Origin: Bellilinea caldifistulae
GTDB taxonomy: Bacteria > Chloroflexota > Anaerolineae > Anaerolineales > Anaerolineaceae
Direction of reading: 5' to 3'
Assembly (NCBI RefSeq): GCF_001306055.1
Contig: NZ_LGHJ01000011.1
Location: forward strand, 240,001-272,000
Length of the DNA stretch: 32,000 nt
Positions 1 to 9,787 of this stretch are shown piece by piece. Both the position numbers and the translations under genes were made by a program. Under the pieces are notes generated by a model that was not told the DNA's origin, made no database searches, and worked only from the letters and a program-made list of their open reading frames with translations. How positions within the stretch are numbered: position 1 is the first letter of the stretch; each line of letters opens with the position of its first letter.

Positions 1-361
1 CCAGTTCCTGCTGGCTGAGGGGTTTGCCCTGCAAAAGTTTCTCGATCATCTCCTGCAGGTGTTGGGCAAACTGGCGCAGGGCTTCGGCTAATTGACGGGC
101 TTCCTGCGGGGTCAGTCGGGCGGCAGCCTCCTGCATCGGGGGCGGTTCGTCCGAGCGGAAGAACAGCGGAAACAGGCGGTCGAACACGGCCAGATCGCGG
201 GCGTCTTTGATCAGGGTGGTGCGCAGGGTCAGGCGAAAGCGCTCTTTATTCTGCACGCCCATGCGCTTGACCGCCTGGAAGGCATCCTCGCTCTCTGCCA
301 GGCTGATGCGTACCCCGCTGGCGCGCAGCGCCGAGATGAATTGGGCGGTGCGGCGTTCCAT
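1..361 (-). CDS. VWA domain-containing CoxE-like protein (N-terminal part, runs off window)
   Basis: My own translation of the minus strand from ATG at 361..359 gives MERRTAQFISALRASGVRISLAESEDAFQAVKRMGVQNKERFRLTLRTTLIKDARDLAVFDRLFPLFF..., with no stop before position 1. This N-terminus is typical of CoxE/VWA partners of MoxR ATPases. It starts 10 nt after the MoxR stop on the same strand. It is absent from the ORF track because it is open-ended. Confidence 0.6.
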   Translation of the reverse strand, partial: MERRTAQFISALRASGVRISLAESEDAFQAVKRMGVQNKERFRLTLRTTLIKDARDLAVFDRLFPLFFRSDEPPPMQEAAARLTPQEARQLAEALRQFAQHLQEMIEKLLQGKPLSQQEL

Positions 362-371
362 GTCCGCCTCC

Positions 372-1331
372 TCAATTCTGCCAGCGCGGGCGCGGCGGCA
401 GGCGGGTAGGCGGCTGATCGTCCCCATCTGTCCGCCGCAGCAGGCGGCGGGCGCGCTGCAAGTCGCTTTCGTGCTTTAGCAGCACGCTCAGGGTCGTTTC
501 GAGGGTGCGTTCATCCAGCGCGCTGGCGTTCAGTGATACGAGGGCTTTCGCCCAGTCCAGCGTTTCGCTGATGCTGGGGGATTTACGCAAGTCCATCGTT
601 CTCAAGCGCTGCACCAGTTCTACCGCATCCCGCGCCAGGCGCGGCGCTAAATCAGGCACTTTCAGGCGCACCACCGAAAGCTCCTGTTCCAGAGTGGGAT
701 AATCAATGAACAGATACAGGCAGCGCCGTTTGAGGGCTTCGCTCAGTTCGCGGGTGTTGTTGCTGGTCAACACCACCAGCGGGCGGTGAACCGCTTGCAG
801 GGTGCCAATTTCCGGCACGCTGACCTGAAAATCGCTCAGGATTTCCAGTAAAAAGGCTTCAAATTCGGCATCGGCGCGGTCAATCTCGTCAATCAGCAGG
901 ACGGTGGGTTTTTCGGAAAGGACCGCCTTTAGCAGCGGACGCGGCAGCAAAAAACGCATCGAGAAGAATACGTCTTCTTCCTGCGCCAGACGGTCGGCTG
1001 CTTCACGCAGGCTGGCGGATTTAGCCAGCACATCCTGCAATTTATCGCGCAGCAGCTGGGTGTAGAGCATCTGTTTGGCATATTCCCACTCGTAAAGCGC
1101 CTTGGTTTCGTCCAGCCCTTCATAGCATTGCAGGCGGATCAGTTCGTAGCCGGTTGCACCGGCGATGGCTTTAGCCAGCTCGGTTTTTCCTACGCCGGCC
1201 GGGCCTTCCGCCAGCAGCGGTTTACCAAGGGTCTTACTCAGGTACAGGACGGTGGCAATTTCTTCGCTGGCGATGTATTGCTGGTCGCGCAGGGCTTTTT
1301 TAAGTTGATCGGGGGAATCGAAGGGATACAT
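372..1331 (-). CDS. MoxR-family AAA+ ATPase
   Basis: 319 aa. Walker A GPAGVGKT and Walker B LLIDEIDR. The length and the LSEALKRRC region are typical of the MoxR/CoxD-like AAA_5 group. A VWA gene lies downstream. Confidence 0.9.
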   Translation of the reverse strand: MYPFDSPDQLKKALRDQQYIASEEIATVLYLSKTLGKPLLAEGPAGVGKTELAKAIAGATGYELIRLQCYEGLDETKALYEWEYAKQMLYTQLLRDKLQDVLAKSASLREAADRLAQEEDVFFSMRFLLPRPLLKAVLSEKPTVLLIDEIDRADAEFEAFLLEILSDFQVSVPEIGTLQAVHRPLVVLTSNNTRELSEALKRRCLYLFIDYPTLEQELSVVRLKVPDLAPRLARDAVELVQRLRTMDLRKSPSISETLDWAKALVSLNASALDERTLETTLSVLLKHESDLQRARRLLRRTDGDDQPPTRLPPRPRWQN

Positions 1332-1622
1332 GGTTGCACCTGTAAATTACCTATCTATTTGGGTCAATAATGTCAATATAACATATTTCAACCCTGCAAG
1401 GCTACACCTTGTAGCGAAAACCATCCAAAATCACCCGTTCGATTGGGATGGTTAAACTTGAGTTAACAGCGCAACTGTTCCACATTGATCTTCGTAAATA
1501 TAATGTATATTGTTAATTCGGAAAATGAACTTTTGGAACCTTTTAATCGGATGACATTCTGGAAAGTTGCTTCTAATCCCCACCCGCAATTTGTACCCCA
1601 ATCCTCAAGAAGGTGAAAAAAA

Positions 1623-2570
1623 ATGAGCGCAATTCTTCAGGTGAATAATCTCGTCAAGCGCTACGGCGACCTGACGGCCGTCAAGGGCATATCGTTTGAG
1701 GTGCAGGAAGGTGAAATTTTCAGCCTGTTAGGCCCAAACGGGGCCGGCAAGACCACCACCATCTCGGTGCTTTCAACCCTCTTTCCGCCCAGCGAAGGGG
1801 ATGCCCTGATCGCCGGGAATTCAGTGGTGCGCCAGCCCTATGCCGTGCGCCAGACCATCGGAATTGTCCCGCAGGAAATTGCCCTCTACGAAGATTTAAC
1901 CGCCCGCGAGAATCTCCACTTTTGGGGGCAGTTATACGGCCTTGGCGGGCGCGAACTGAAACAACGCTGCGAGGAGGTACTGGAACAAACCGGCTTGCAG
2001 GAAAAAGCCAACCAGCGCGTCAAGACCTTTTCCGGCGGGATGAAACGCCGCCTGAACATTGGGGTGGGATTGCTGCACCGCCCGCGCTTGCTTTTCATGG
2101 ACGAGCCAACCGTCGGCATTGATCCGCAGTCCCGCCGGGCAATTCTGGACACGGTCAAAGACCTCAACCGGCGGGCCGGCATGACCATCCTTTACACCAC
2201 CCACTACATGGAAGAAGCGCAGGAACTTTCTCACCGCGTTGGCATTATTGACCACGGTGAGATGATTGCGATTGGAACGCAAGCCGAACTGGTCAGAATG
2301 GTTGGTAAGGCCGAAACCCTCGTCTTGCAGTTTGGCGAGGATCAAAGTGTGGCGGGTATCATTCCTCACCTTCAGCGAATGCCCGGTGTTCAGCAGGTGA
2401 TTGCCGAAAATCACAGCCTGCAGGTGCTGGTGAACGATGCGGAGGAAATTTTACCGGCGGTGATTCAGACCTGCACCGCCGAAAATCTGAAAGTCCGCAC
2501 CATTCAGATCCAGGAGCCGAATCTGGAAGCGGTCTTCTTGCAGTTAACCGGGCGCGCCCTGCGCGATTGA
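1623..2570 (+). CDS. ABC transporter ATP-binding protein (ABC-2/DrrA-like)
   Basis: Walker A GPNGAGKTT, signature FSGGMKRRL, Walker B LLFMDEPTVGID, H-loop TTHYMEEA. SD-like GAAGGTG upstream of the ATG. Confidence 0.93.
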   Translation: MSAILQVNNLVKRYGDLTAVKGISFEVQEGEIFSLLGPNGAGKTTTISVLSTLFPPSEGDALIAGNSVVRQPYAVRQTIGIVPQEIALYEDLTARENLHFWGQLYGLGGRELKQRCEEVLEQTGLQEKANQRVKTFSGGMKRRLNIGVGLLHRPRLLFMDEPTVGIDPQSRRAILDTVKDLNRRAGMTILYTTHYMEEAQELSHRVGIIDHGEMIAIGTQAELVRMVGKAETLVLQFGEDQSVAGIIPHLQRMPGVQQVIAENHSLQVLVNDAEEILPAVIQTCTAENLKVRTIQIQEPNLEAVFLQLTGRALRD

Positions 2571-2580
2571 GGAGGATGGG

Positions 2581-3870
2581 ATGAAGAAAATCCTGTTGAT
2601 TGCCGCCAAAGATTTACGGCTGGCCTTCCGCGACCGCGCCGCCATCATCTTGATGCTGGCAGCTCCCTTTCTGCTCACGCTGGGCATGGCGCTGGTCACC
2701 GGACGGCTGGCTTCACCGGGCGGGCAGTCCTCCGGCCTTTCCAATATTCCCGTCCTGATCATCAACCGCGACGGTGAATCCCTGGGAAACGCGCTGGTCG
2801 AGACGCTTCAATCGGCCGAACTGGATGAGTTGCTGGATGCGCAGGTAGTTGAAGATGAAGAAGCTGCCCGCCGTGCCGTGGATGAGGATCAGGTTGCCGG
2901 GCTGGTCATTATCCCGCCCGGCTTTACGCAGAGTGTCATTCCGGAGCAGGCTGCCATCATAGACATGGCTGCCGAGCCGGTCAAACTGCAGTTTTACGCC
3001 AACCCGGCGCGTCCCAACAGTTCAGCCATCATCGAAACCATCCTGCGCGAATTTATCAGTCGTGTGGAAGAAGGGCGGGTGATGGGCATGGTATCCGTCT
3101 TTCAGATGCTGACCAGCGGGGTAGTTTCACCAGCCGAAGCGCAGGCCTACGGCGATGAGATGCGCCAGTTGTTCCAGTCGGCTCAGGAGGAGGACCTGAG
3201 TGTTTTTGAGGAAGCCGGAACGCTGAATTTGAAGGTGATCGGCGCGCCGGAGCAGGAGAGCGTCCGCTTCGATGTGATGGCTTACATGGCGCCCGGCATG
3301 GCGCTGCTCTTTTTGATGTTCACAGTCACCTACGGAGGGCGTTCGTTTCTGGCGGAACGCCGTCAGCGCACACTGCAGCGGATGTTGACCAGCCCAACCG
3401 CCCTCCCGCAAGTCCTGGCAGGGAAGATGCTGGGCACCTACCTGACCGGCGTGATGCAGCTGCTGATTCTGATCGGCGGCAGCAGCCTGCTATTCAACCT
3501 GCGTTGGGGCGACTTTTGGGGCGTGCTGGCTCTGATTTTGCTGGCAACTTTTGCCGCCACCGGCTGGGGTTTGCTCATCACTGCCTTTGCTCGAACCCCG
3601 GGGCAGGTCAGTACCTACGGTTCGGCGATCATGCTGGTGTTTGGCATCATGGGCGGCAGTTTTATTGACCTGAGCATGCTACCGGATTTCGTCCGTCTGG
3701 TCAGCCGGATCACCCCCAATGCGTGGGCGCTGGACGGCTTCACCATTTTGGGGCTGGGCGGCGGGCTGAGCGACCTGACCAGACCGCTTTTGGGATTGTT
3801 TGCGCTGGGCTGTGTGCTGTTCATCCTCGCCGTGCTGCGGTTTTCCCGCCGGCGCGATCTGGTTCAGTAA
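2581..3870 (+). CDS. ABC-2 family transporter permease
   Basis: 429 aa: N-terminal TM helix, a hydrophilic loop of about 200 aa, then a C-terminal block of about 5 TM helices. GGAGGA SD, 10 nt after the ATPase stop. Confidence 0.85.
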   Translation: MKKILLIAAKDLRLAFRDRAAIILMLAAPFLLTLGMALVTGRLASPGGQSSGLSNIPVLIINRDGESLGNALVETLQSAELDELLDAQVVEDEEAARRAVDEDQVAGLVIIPPGFTQSVIPEQAAIIDMAAEPVKLQFYANPARPNSSAIIETILREFISRVEEGRVMGMVSVFQMLTSGVVSPAEAQAYGDEMRQLFQSAQEEDLSVFEEAGTLNLKVIGAPEQESVRFDVMAYMAPGMALLFLMFTVTYGGRSFLAERRQRTLQRMLTSPTALPQVLAGKMLGTYLTGVMQLLILIGGSSLLFNLRWGDFWGVLALILLATFAATGWGLLITAFARTPGQVSTYGSAIMLVFGIMGGSFIDLSMLPDFVRLVSRITPNAWALDGFTILGLGGGLSDLTRPLLGLFALGCVLFILAVLRFSRRRDLVQ

Positions 3871-3889
3871 CGGTAAGGAGAAGTGAACG

Positions 3890-5092
3890 ATGCAAAAAAT
3901 CCTCGCAATTATCCGCAAAGACCTGATCCTGCGCTTTTCCAGCCCGGCCGAATGGCTGTTCTTCCTCATCTTACCGATTGTATTCACCTATCTGCTGGCA
4001 GGCGGTACCCCCGGCGGGGATGGCGATATTCGCCGGGTGCTACCGGTAGTAGACGAGGCAGGTACGCCGCTTTCTCAGCAGATTGTGGCCGAACTGGAAA
4101 AATCCCCCTTTATCCGTCCCGAATTGACCGAGCGTGCCGAAGCCGAACGAAAATTCGGTGAGCGCACCATCGTTTTCTGGCTGCTCATCCCGCCCCAAAC
4201 CTCACAGGAAAATTTGCTGAACGGTGAAATAGCCCTGGAATTTTACACCCAGCCCAACAACCTGGATGCCATTTCCGCGCAGCGTTCGATTCAGGCCGCT
4301 CTACGGCAGGTGAGTTTGAAGATCAACGCGGCTCAGTTTGCCGTGCAGCAGGCCGAAAGCCGCAAACCGTTTGCCTCAGCCGAGGAACGCCAGGCTTACT
4401 TTGAGGGCGCCCTCAGTCTGGCGCAGCGTTTTCAGGAACAGACCCCGCAAAGACTGGAAATTCTCCGAGCCGAAACAGCCGATCCGGTGCAATATGACCC
4501 GCGCGCCAATTCATCTGCCGGTCAGATGATCACCTGGGTGTTCATTCCGCTGTTCGGCATTTCGGCATTGCTGGCTTACGAGCGCAGCAGCGGCACGCTG
4601 GCGCGCCTGATGACCACCCCCACTTCGGCGGCGGTATTTTTGCTGGGCACCATTGGCGGTCAGGTGCTGACGGCGATGGTACAAATGCTCTTGCTGATCG
4701 GTTTTGCAGTGGCAGCGCTGGGCGTTCCATGGGGAAGGGAACCGCTGGGGCTGGCGATTCTGCTGGTGAGCGGTGCACTGGCGGCGGCGGCGATTGGCAC
4801 AGCCATGGGCACCATCCTGCGCAGCGAAGCCCAAGCCAACAACCTGAGCATCATGCTGGGCATGGTCATGGCGCTGCTGGGCGGCTGCTGGTACCCGCTG
4901 GAGCTTTTCCCGGCGGCGGCGCAGACCATCGTCAAAGTCCTGCCGACCACCTGGGCCATGCTGGGGATGACCGATTTGCTGCTGCGCGGCGAAACCTGGC
5001 GGGGCATTCTTCCCGAAGCGGGTGTGCTGCTCGGCTTTGCGGCCGTCTTTTTTACCATTGGGATTTTACGTTTTCGCAAGCAATTTTTCTAG
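3890..5092 (+). CDS. ABC-2 family transporter permease (paralog of the preceding gene)
   Basis: 400 aa with the same architecture. The N-terminus MQKILAIIRKDLILRF parallels MKKILLIAAKDLRLAF of the preceding gene. AAGGAG SD. Confidence 0.85.
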   Translation: MQKILAIIRKDLILRFSSPAEWLFFLILPIVFTYLLAGGTPGGDGDIRRVLPVVDEAGTPLSQQIVAELEKSPFIRPELTERAEAERKFGERTIVFWLLIPPQTSQENLLNGEIALEFYTQPNNLDAISAQRSIQAALRQVSLKINAAQFAVQQAESRKPFASAEERQAYFEGALSLAQRFQEQTPQRLEILRAETADPVQYDPRANSSAGQMITWVFIPLFGISALLAYERSSGTLARLMTTPTSAAVFLLGTIGGQVLTAMVQMLLLIGFAVAALGVPWGREPLGLAILLVSGALAAAAIGTAMGTILRSEAQANNLSIMLGMVMALLGGCWYPLELFPAAAQTIVKVLPTTWAMLGMTDLLLRGETWRGILPEAGVLLGFAAVFFTIGILRFRKQFF

Positions 5093-5253
5093 ACGATTCA
5101 GCTCAATCGTGGTATGATTGGGCGGCTGTTCCAATGGGAACGCAACATTCTATCACGCACGCTTCTTGACCGGCTTCGGCGTGCTGCCCGAGGGCAGTTC
5201 GGAGCCGGGTTGAAAGAGGCGGAGGAATAACGCAAAAAGGAGAATAGTAAAAA

Positions 5254-6138
5254 ATGGCTTCCATCATTTCCATGAAAGCCCTGTTGGAAAGCGGTGTGCA
5301 TTTTGGGCATCGCACCAACAAATGGCACCCTGCCATGCGCCCGTACATCTTCACCGAGCGCAACGGCATTCACATCATTGACCTTCAACAAACGGTCAAG
5401 GCGTTGACCCAGGCCTATCAGGTGATTGTCAACACCGTTGCCGAAGGCGGCACCCTGCTGTTCGTCGGCACCAAGCGTCAGGCACAGGAGACCATCCAGG
5501 AAGAGGCCATCCGCTGCGGGATGCCCTACGTCACCGAGCGCTGGCTGCCCGGCACCCTCACCAACTGGGTGACCATCTACGACCGCATTCAGGAACTGGA
5601 ACGGCTCGAACGGATGCGCGACAGCGGCGAGATCAACCGCCTGACCAAAAAAGAAGCCCTGATGATCGAGCGCGAGATCAAGCGCCTTGAAACCCGCCTG
5701 AGCGGCATCCGCAAGATGACCCGCCCGCCGGAACTGCTCTTCATTGTGGATGTTTCCAACGAAGCCACCGCCGTGCACGAAGCCAACCTCAAAAACATTC
5801 CGGTGATTGCGCTGGTGGACACCAACTGCGACCCGCGCGGTGTGGATTATGTCATTCCCTCCAACGACGATGCCATCCGCGCCATCAAGCTGCTGGTTTC
5901 CAAGATCGCCGATGCCGTGCTGGAAGGCAAAGCCCTACGCAAAGATACCGGCGAGGAAGGCGAAGAGGCCAAACCGGTTGTTGCACCCGCCATGCGCGGT
6001 CCGCGCCCGCAAATTCTGGAAGAGGATGAGCTGGAAGATGAAGACCTGCTGGGGGCTGCCACGCTGGCAAAGATGAGCCCGCGCGTCGTCGAGATAGATG
6101 ACGAAGAAGAGATCGAAGAAGAAACCGAAGAAGAATAA
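5254..6138 (+). CDS. rpsB: 30S ribosomal protein S2 with long acidic C-terminal tail
   Basis: [27 protein letters not shown]... and ALVDTNCDP... are canonical S2 motifs. AAGGAG SD. The last ~64 aa form a non-canonical Glu/Asp-rich tail. Confidence 0.97.
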   Translation: MASIISMKALLESGVHFGHRTNKWHPAMRPYIFTERNGIHIIDLQQTVKALTQAYQVIVNTVAEGGTLLFVGTKRQAQETIQEEAIRCGMPYVTERWLPGTLTNWVTIYDRIQELERLERMRDSGEINRLTKKEALMIEREIKRLETRLSGIRKMTRPPELLFIVDVSNEATAVHEANLKNIPVIALVDTNCDPRGVDYVIPSNDDAIRAIKLLVSKIADAVLEGKALRKDTGEEGEEAKPVVAPAMRGPRPQILEEDELEDEDLLGAATLAKMSPRVVEIDDEEEIEEETEEE

Positions 6139-6158
6139 TTACTCCAAGAGGAAATTGT

Positions 6159-6773
6159 ATGACTACGATCAGCACCGATATGATTAAGAAATTGCGCGAA
6201 GCCACCAACGCGGGGGTTCTGGATTGCCGCAAGGCATTGGAAGCCGCCGAAGGTGATTTTAACAAAGCCGTGGATATTCTACGCGAAAAAGGGCTGGCAA
6301 CCGCCGCCAAGCGCGCCAGCCGGGCCGCCTCTGAGGGCGTCATTGATGTGTACTCGCACGGCAACGGACGGGTGTGCGTGATGGTAGAGGTCAACTGCGA
6401 AACCGATTTTGTCGGACGCAGCGAGGTTTTCCGCAACTTTGCGCACGAGATCGCCCTGCAAATTGCGGCTGCCTCACCGCTCTACATCCGTGAAGAGGAC
6501 ATTCCGCAGGAAGTACTGGACAAAGAAGCCGCCATTGCGGCTGCCAAAGCGCGTGAAGATGGCAAGCCCGAGGCGATCATCCCGCGCATTGTGGAAGGTT
6601 CTCTCGCTAAATTCAAAGACGAGTTCGTCCTCTTGCGCCAGAAATACATCCGCGATGAGAGCAAAACCGTTCAGGATCTGCTGAATGAAACCGTCGTTTC
6701 GACGGGTGAAAACATTGTCATCCGGCGGTTTGCCCGCTGGGCGCTGGGTGAAACCACGCAGGACGAAGCCTGA
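6159..6773 (+). CDS. tsf: translation elongation factor Ts (short form, 204 aa)
   Basis: N-terminal UBA-like LREATNAGVLDCRKALEAAEGDFNKAVDILREKG and core VEVNCETDFV. Lies directly after rpsB. Confidence 0.95.
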   Translation: MTTISTDMIKKLREATNAGVLDCRKALEAAEGDFNKAVDILREKGLATAAKRASRAASEGVIDVYSHGNGRVCVMVEVNCETDFVGRSEVFRNFAHEIALQIAAASPLYIREEDIPQEVLDKEAAIAAAKAREDGKPEAIIPRIVEGSLAKFKDEFVLLRQKYIRDESKTVQDLLNETVVSTGENIVIRRFARWALGETTQDEA

Positions 6774-7544
<771 letters not shown>

Positions 7545-7550
7545 AAAAAA

Positions 7551-7579
7551 CAAGGGGCTGGTTGGTTGCCAGCCCCTTG
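7551..7579. terminator. shared (bidirectional) hairpin terminator between convergent pyrH and dnaK
   Basis: Perfect 11-bp stem CAAGGGGCTGG (7551-7561) / CCAGCCCCTTG (7569-7579) with a 7-nt loop. The A8 run at 7543-7550 gives a U8 tail for the minus-strand dnaK transcript. The T-rich tail on the plus side is weaker. Confidence 0.7.
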
Positions 7580-7598
7580 TCAGTTTCGTTTACCCGAA

Positions 7599-9485
7599 TC
7601 AGGCTTCTTTGAATTCGCCTTCGACCACGTCGCCTTCCGGGCTGGTTTGCCCGTGATGGCCGTTGCCGCTGGCAGCCCCAGCCGCTTGCGGAGCAGCCGC
7701 CTGGAGGATGCGCCCGTACAGTTGCTGCAATTCTTCGCTCAGGCTGCGCATCCGGCGGTCGTCTTCACCGTTCATGATCTGGCGCAGGTCGTTGATCTTG
7801 CTCTCGGCTTCGTAGCGCAGGTCGGAGGGCACCCGTTCGCCGTTTTCTTTGAGGGCTTTCTCGACCTGATAAATGGTATTGTCGGCCAGATTGCGGGCTT
7901 CGACGATCTCGCGGCGGCGGCGGTCTTCGGCTTCGTGGCGTTTGCTTTCCTCGATCATCCGTTCGATTTCGGCTTTGCTGAGGTTGGTCGAGGCGGTGAT
8001 CGTCACGCGCTGTTCTTTGCCGGTCGCCTTATCCTTGGCAGAAACGTTCAAGATGCCGTTGGCGTCAATGTCGAACGTCACCTCGATTTGCGGTATGCCG
8101 CGCGGAGCCGGCGGGATGCCGTCGAGGCGGAAGCGTCCAAGGGTGATGTTATCGGCCGCCATGGTGCGCTCACCTTGCAGCACGTGGATATCCACGGCGG
8201 TCTGGTTGTCCTCGGCGGTCGAGAAGATTTGCGAGCGGCGCACCGGAATGGTGGTGTTGCGCTCGATGATCGGGGTCATCACACCGCCCATCGTTTCGAC
8301 ACCCAGCGTCAGCGGGGTCACATCCAGCAGCAGCACGTCTTTGACCTCGCCGCCCAGCACACCCGCCTGAATGGCTGCACCAATGGCAACCACCTCATCC
8401 GGGTTGACGCTCTTGTTGGGCTCTTTGCCGGTCAACTGCCGCACCAGATCCTGCACCATGGGCATGCGGGTCGAACCACCCACCAGCACCACTTCGTCAA
8501 TGTCGCTGGCTTTCAAACCGGCATCGCGCAGGGCAGCCTCGAACGGGCCGCGGCAGCGTTCCAGCAGGTCTTTGGTCATCTGCTCGAAGCGGGCGCGGGT
8601 CAGGCGCAGCTGCAGGTGTTTCGGGCCGTTGGCATCCGCGGTGATGTAGGGCAGGTTGATTTCGGTTTCCATCATGGTGGAAAGTTCGATTTTTGCCTTT
8701 TCGGCCGCCTCGCGCAGACGCTGGAGGGCCTGCCGATCCTGTTTCAGGTCAATGCCGTGCTCCTTCTTGAATTCTTCCACGGCCCAGTTGACAATCCGCT
8801 GATCCCAGTCATCACCACCCAGGTGCGTATCGCCACTGGTGGATTTGACCTCGAAAACACCATCGCCGACTTCGAGGATGGACACATCGAAAGTACCGCC
8901 ACCCAGGTCAAAGACGAGAATTTTCTCGTTCTTTTTCTTGTCCAAACCGTAAGCCAGGGCCGAGGCAGTCGGCTCGTTGATGATGCGCAGCACTTCCAGA
9001 CCGGCAATTTTACCGGCGTCTTTGGTGGCTTGCCGCTGGCTGTCGTTGAAGTAGGCCGGGACGGTGATGACCGCCTGCGTGACCGGCTCGCCCAGGTAGG
9101 CCTCGGCGTCGGCTTTCAGCTTCGATAAAATCATGGCCGAAATTTCCTGCGGGGTGTACTCACGCCCGGTCACGGGGATTTTGACCCGCGCGTCACCCGC
9201 CGGGCCGCGCACCACCTGATACGGCACCATCTTGCGCTCTTCCTCTACTTCGTCGTAGCGGCGCCCCATGAAGCGTTTGATGGAGTAGATGGTGTTTTCC
9301 GGGTTGATAACCGCCTGGCGTTTGGCCGTTTGACCGACCAGCCGCTCACCATTTTTAGTGAACGCCACAACCGACGGGCAAAGGCGCGATCCTTCCGCAG
9401 TGGTGATCACAACCGGGTCACCGCCTTCCATCACGGCTACCACACTGTTGGTTGTTCCTAAGTCAATACCGATAATTTTCGACAT
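7599..9485 (-). CDS. dnaK: molecular chaperone DnaK (Hsp70)
   Basis: [28 protein letters not shown] and [11 protein letters not shown] motifs. Start placed at the internal Met (aa 37 of the track ORF), preceded by AAAGGAGAC. The 36-aa TTG-initiated extension in the track is not DnaK-like. Confidence 0.96.
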   Translation of the reverse strand: MSKIIGIDLGTTNSVVAVMEGGDPVVITTAEGSRLCPSVVAFTKNGERLVGQTAKRQAVINPENTIYSIKRFMGRRYDEVEEERKMVPYQVVRGPAGDARVKIPVTGREYTPQEISAMILSKLKADAEAYLGEPVTQAVITVPAYFNDSQRQATKDAGKIAGLEVLRIINEPTASALAYGLDKKKNEKILVFDLGGGTFDVSILEVGDGVFEVKSTSGDTHLGGDDWDQRIVNWAVEEFKKEHGIDLKQDRQALQRLREAAEKAKIELSTMMETEINLPYITADANGPKHLQLRLTRARFEQMTKDLLERCRGPFEAALRDAGLKASDIDEVVLVGGSTRMPMVQDLVRQLTGKEPNKSVNPDEVVAIGAAIQAGVLGGEVKDVLLLDVTPLTLGVETMGGVMTPIIERNTTIPVRRSQIFSTAEDNQTAVDIHVLQGERTMAADNITLGRFRLDGIPPAPRGIPQIEVTFDIDANGILNVSAKDKATGKEQRVTITASTNLSKAEIERMIEESKRHEAEDRRRREIVEARNLADNTIYQVEKALKENGERVPSDLRYEAESKINDLRQIMNGEDDRRMRSLSEELQQLYGRILQAAAPQAAGAASGNGHHGQTSPEGDVVEGEFKEA

Positions 9486-9699
9486 CGGTAAGGTCTCCTT
9501 TCTTTGGTTAATCTGGATTTTCCGGTGCTGGTGACTGACTGGCTGAAATAAATGATGAAGATGAGTGCAGCCCTGCCAGCCAATCTCCCGCAACCGCTAG
9601 TAAGCATACTCTGTCCGTGCATGAAAAACATTAACGCTCTATAGGAATTCTGTTAACAGGGAAAAACCGTCTTGTAGAACCATCCTCGCCATCCGGGCA

Positions 9700-9728
9700 T
9701 TAGAAACCACCCCGTTACCGGATATAAT
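9700..9728 (+). promoter_or_regulatory. candidate sigma70-type promoter for nfeD
   Basis: TTAGAA (9700-9705), 17-nt spacer, TATAAT (9723-9728), about 60 nt upstream of the start. Sequence match only. Confidence 0.3.
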
Positions 9729-9787
9729 AGAAGCAGGTAATCCATTTTCTTACTGGACTGGGCGGATTACCGGTCAGGAGGTTGGGC

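Noticed and set aside
92-479. Plus-strand ORFs 92..409 and 207..479.
   Set aside because: They are antisense to the VWA/CoxE-like N-terminus and the MoxR 3' end, and they are Arg/Ala-rich with no motifs. The minus-strand reading gives a recognisable CoxE-like N-terminus.
1451-1480. A GTTAACAG octamer occurs at 1462-1469 in the AT-rich moxR/ABC divergent intergenic region (with a nearby AACAG-N5-CTGTT inverted repeat) and again at 9652-9659 in the dnaK/nfeD intergenic region. This could be a shared operator.
   Set aside because: Two occurrences of an AT-rich 8-mer in AT-rich intergenic DNA may well be chance, though I have not calculated the odds. There is no further shared flanking sequence. 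It would need genome-wide motif enrichment to mean anything.
1332-1622. Promoter hexamers in the 291-bp AT-rich divergent region. Plus strand: TTGATC 1485-1490 with TATAAT 1499-1504 or TATATT 1506-1511. Minus strand: TTGACA as tgtcaa 1371-1376.
   Set aside because: Spacers are wrong (8 or 15 nt) or the -10 partners are poor. The region very likely holds both promoters, but I cannot place them reliably.
5093-5253. Possible structured rpsB leader (small hairpin CTGCC-CGA-GGCAG and outer ACCGGCT/AGCCGGGT pairing), reminiscent of S2 autoregulatory leaders.
   Set aside because: The stems are short and imperfect, and I know of no established rpsB-leader motif outside Gammaproteobacteria to compare it with. 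It cannot be supported without covariation data.
7566-9128. 520-aa ORF on the + strand opposite dnaK.
   Set aside because: It lies entirely antisense to a highly conserved DnaK coding sequence. It has a TTG start, no SD, and a Gly/Ala/Val/His/Phe-rich composition with no recognisable motifs. This is a typical shadow ORF of high-GC DNA.
9486-9593. 36-aa N-terminal extension of DnaK from a TTG start. When I hand-indexed the printed sequence around 9478-9486 and 9592-9594, I also got positions 1 nt higher than the ORF track implies, as if there were an extra C at the 9480/9481 line break.
   Set aside because: The extension is not Hsp70-like, and [10 protein letters not shown] with an AAGGAG SD is the canonical start. 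The 1-nt discrepancy is most likely my own reading error. The computed track gives an uninterrupted DnaK, and coordinates on both sides (7599 stop, 9782 start) agree with the printed numbering. It is not evidence for a frameshift.
9486-9781. Looked for a CIRCE (TTAGCACTC-N9-GAGTGCTAA) HrcA operator upstream of dnaK.
   Set aside because: No convincing match by eye. There is only a 10-bp palindrome CTGTTAACAG at 9650-9659 of unknown meaning.
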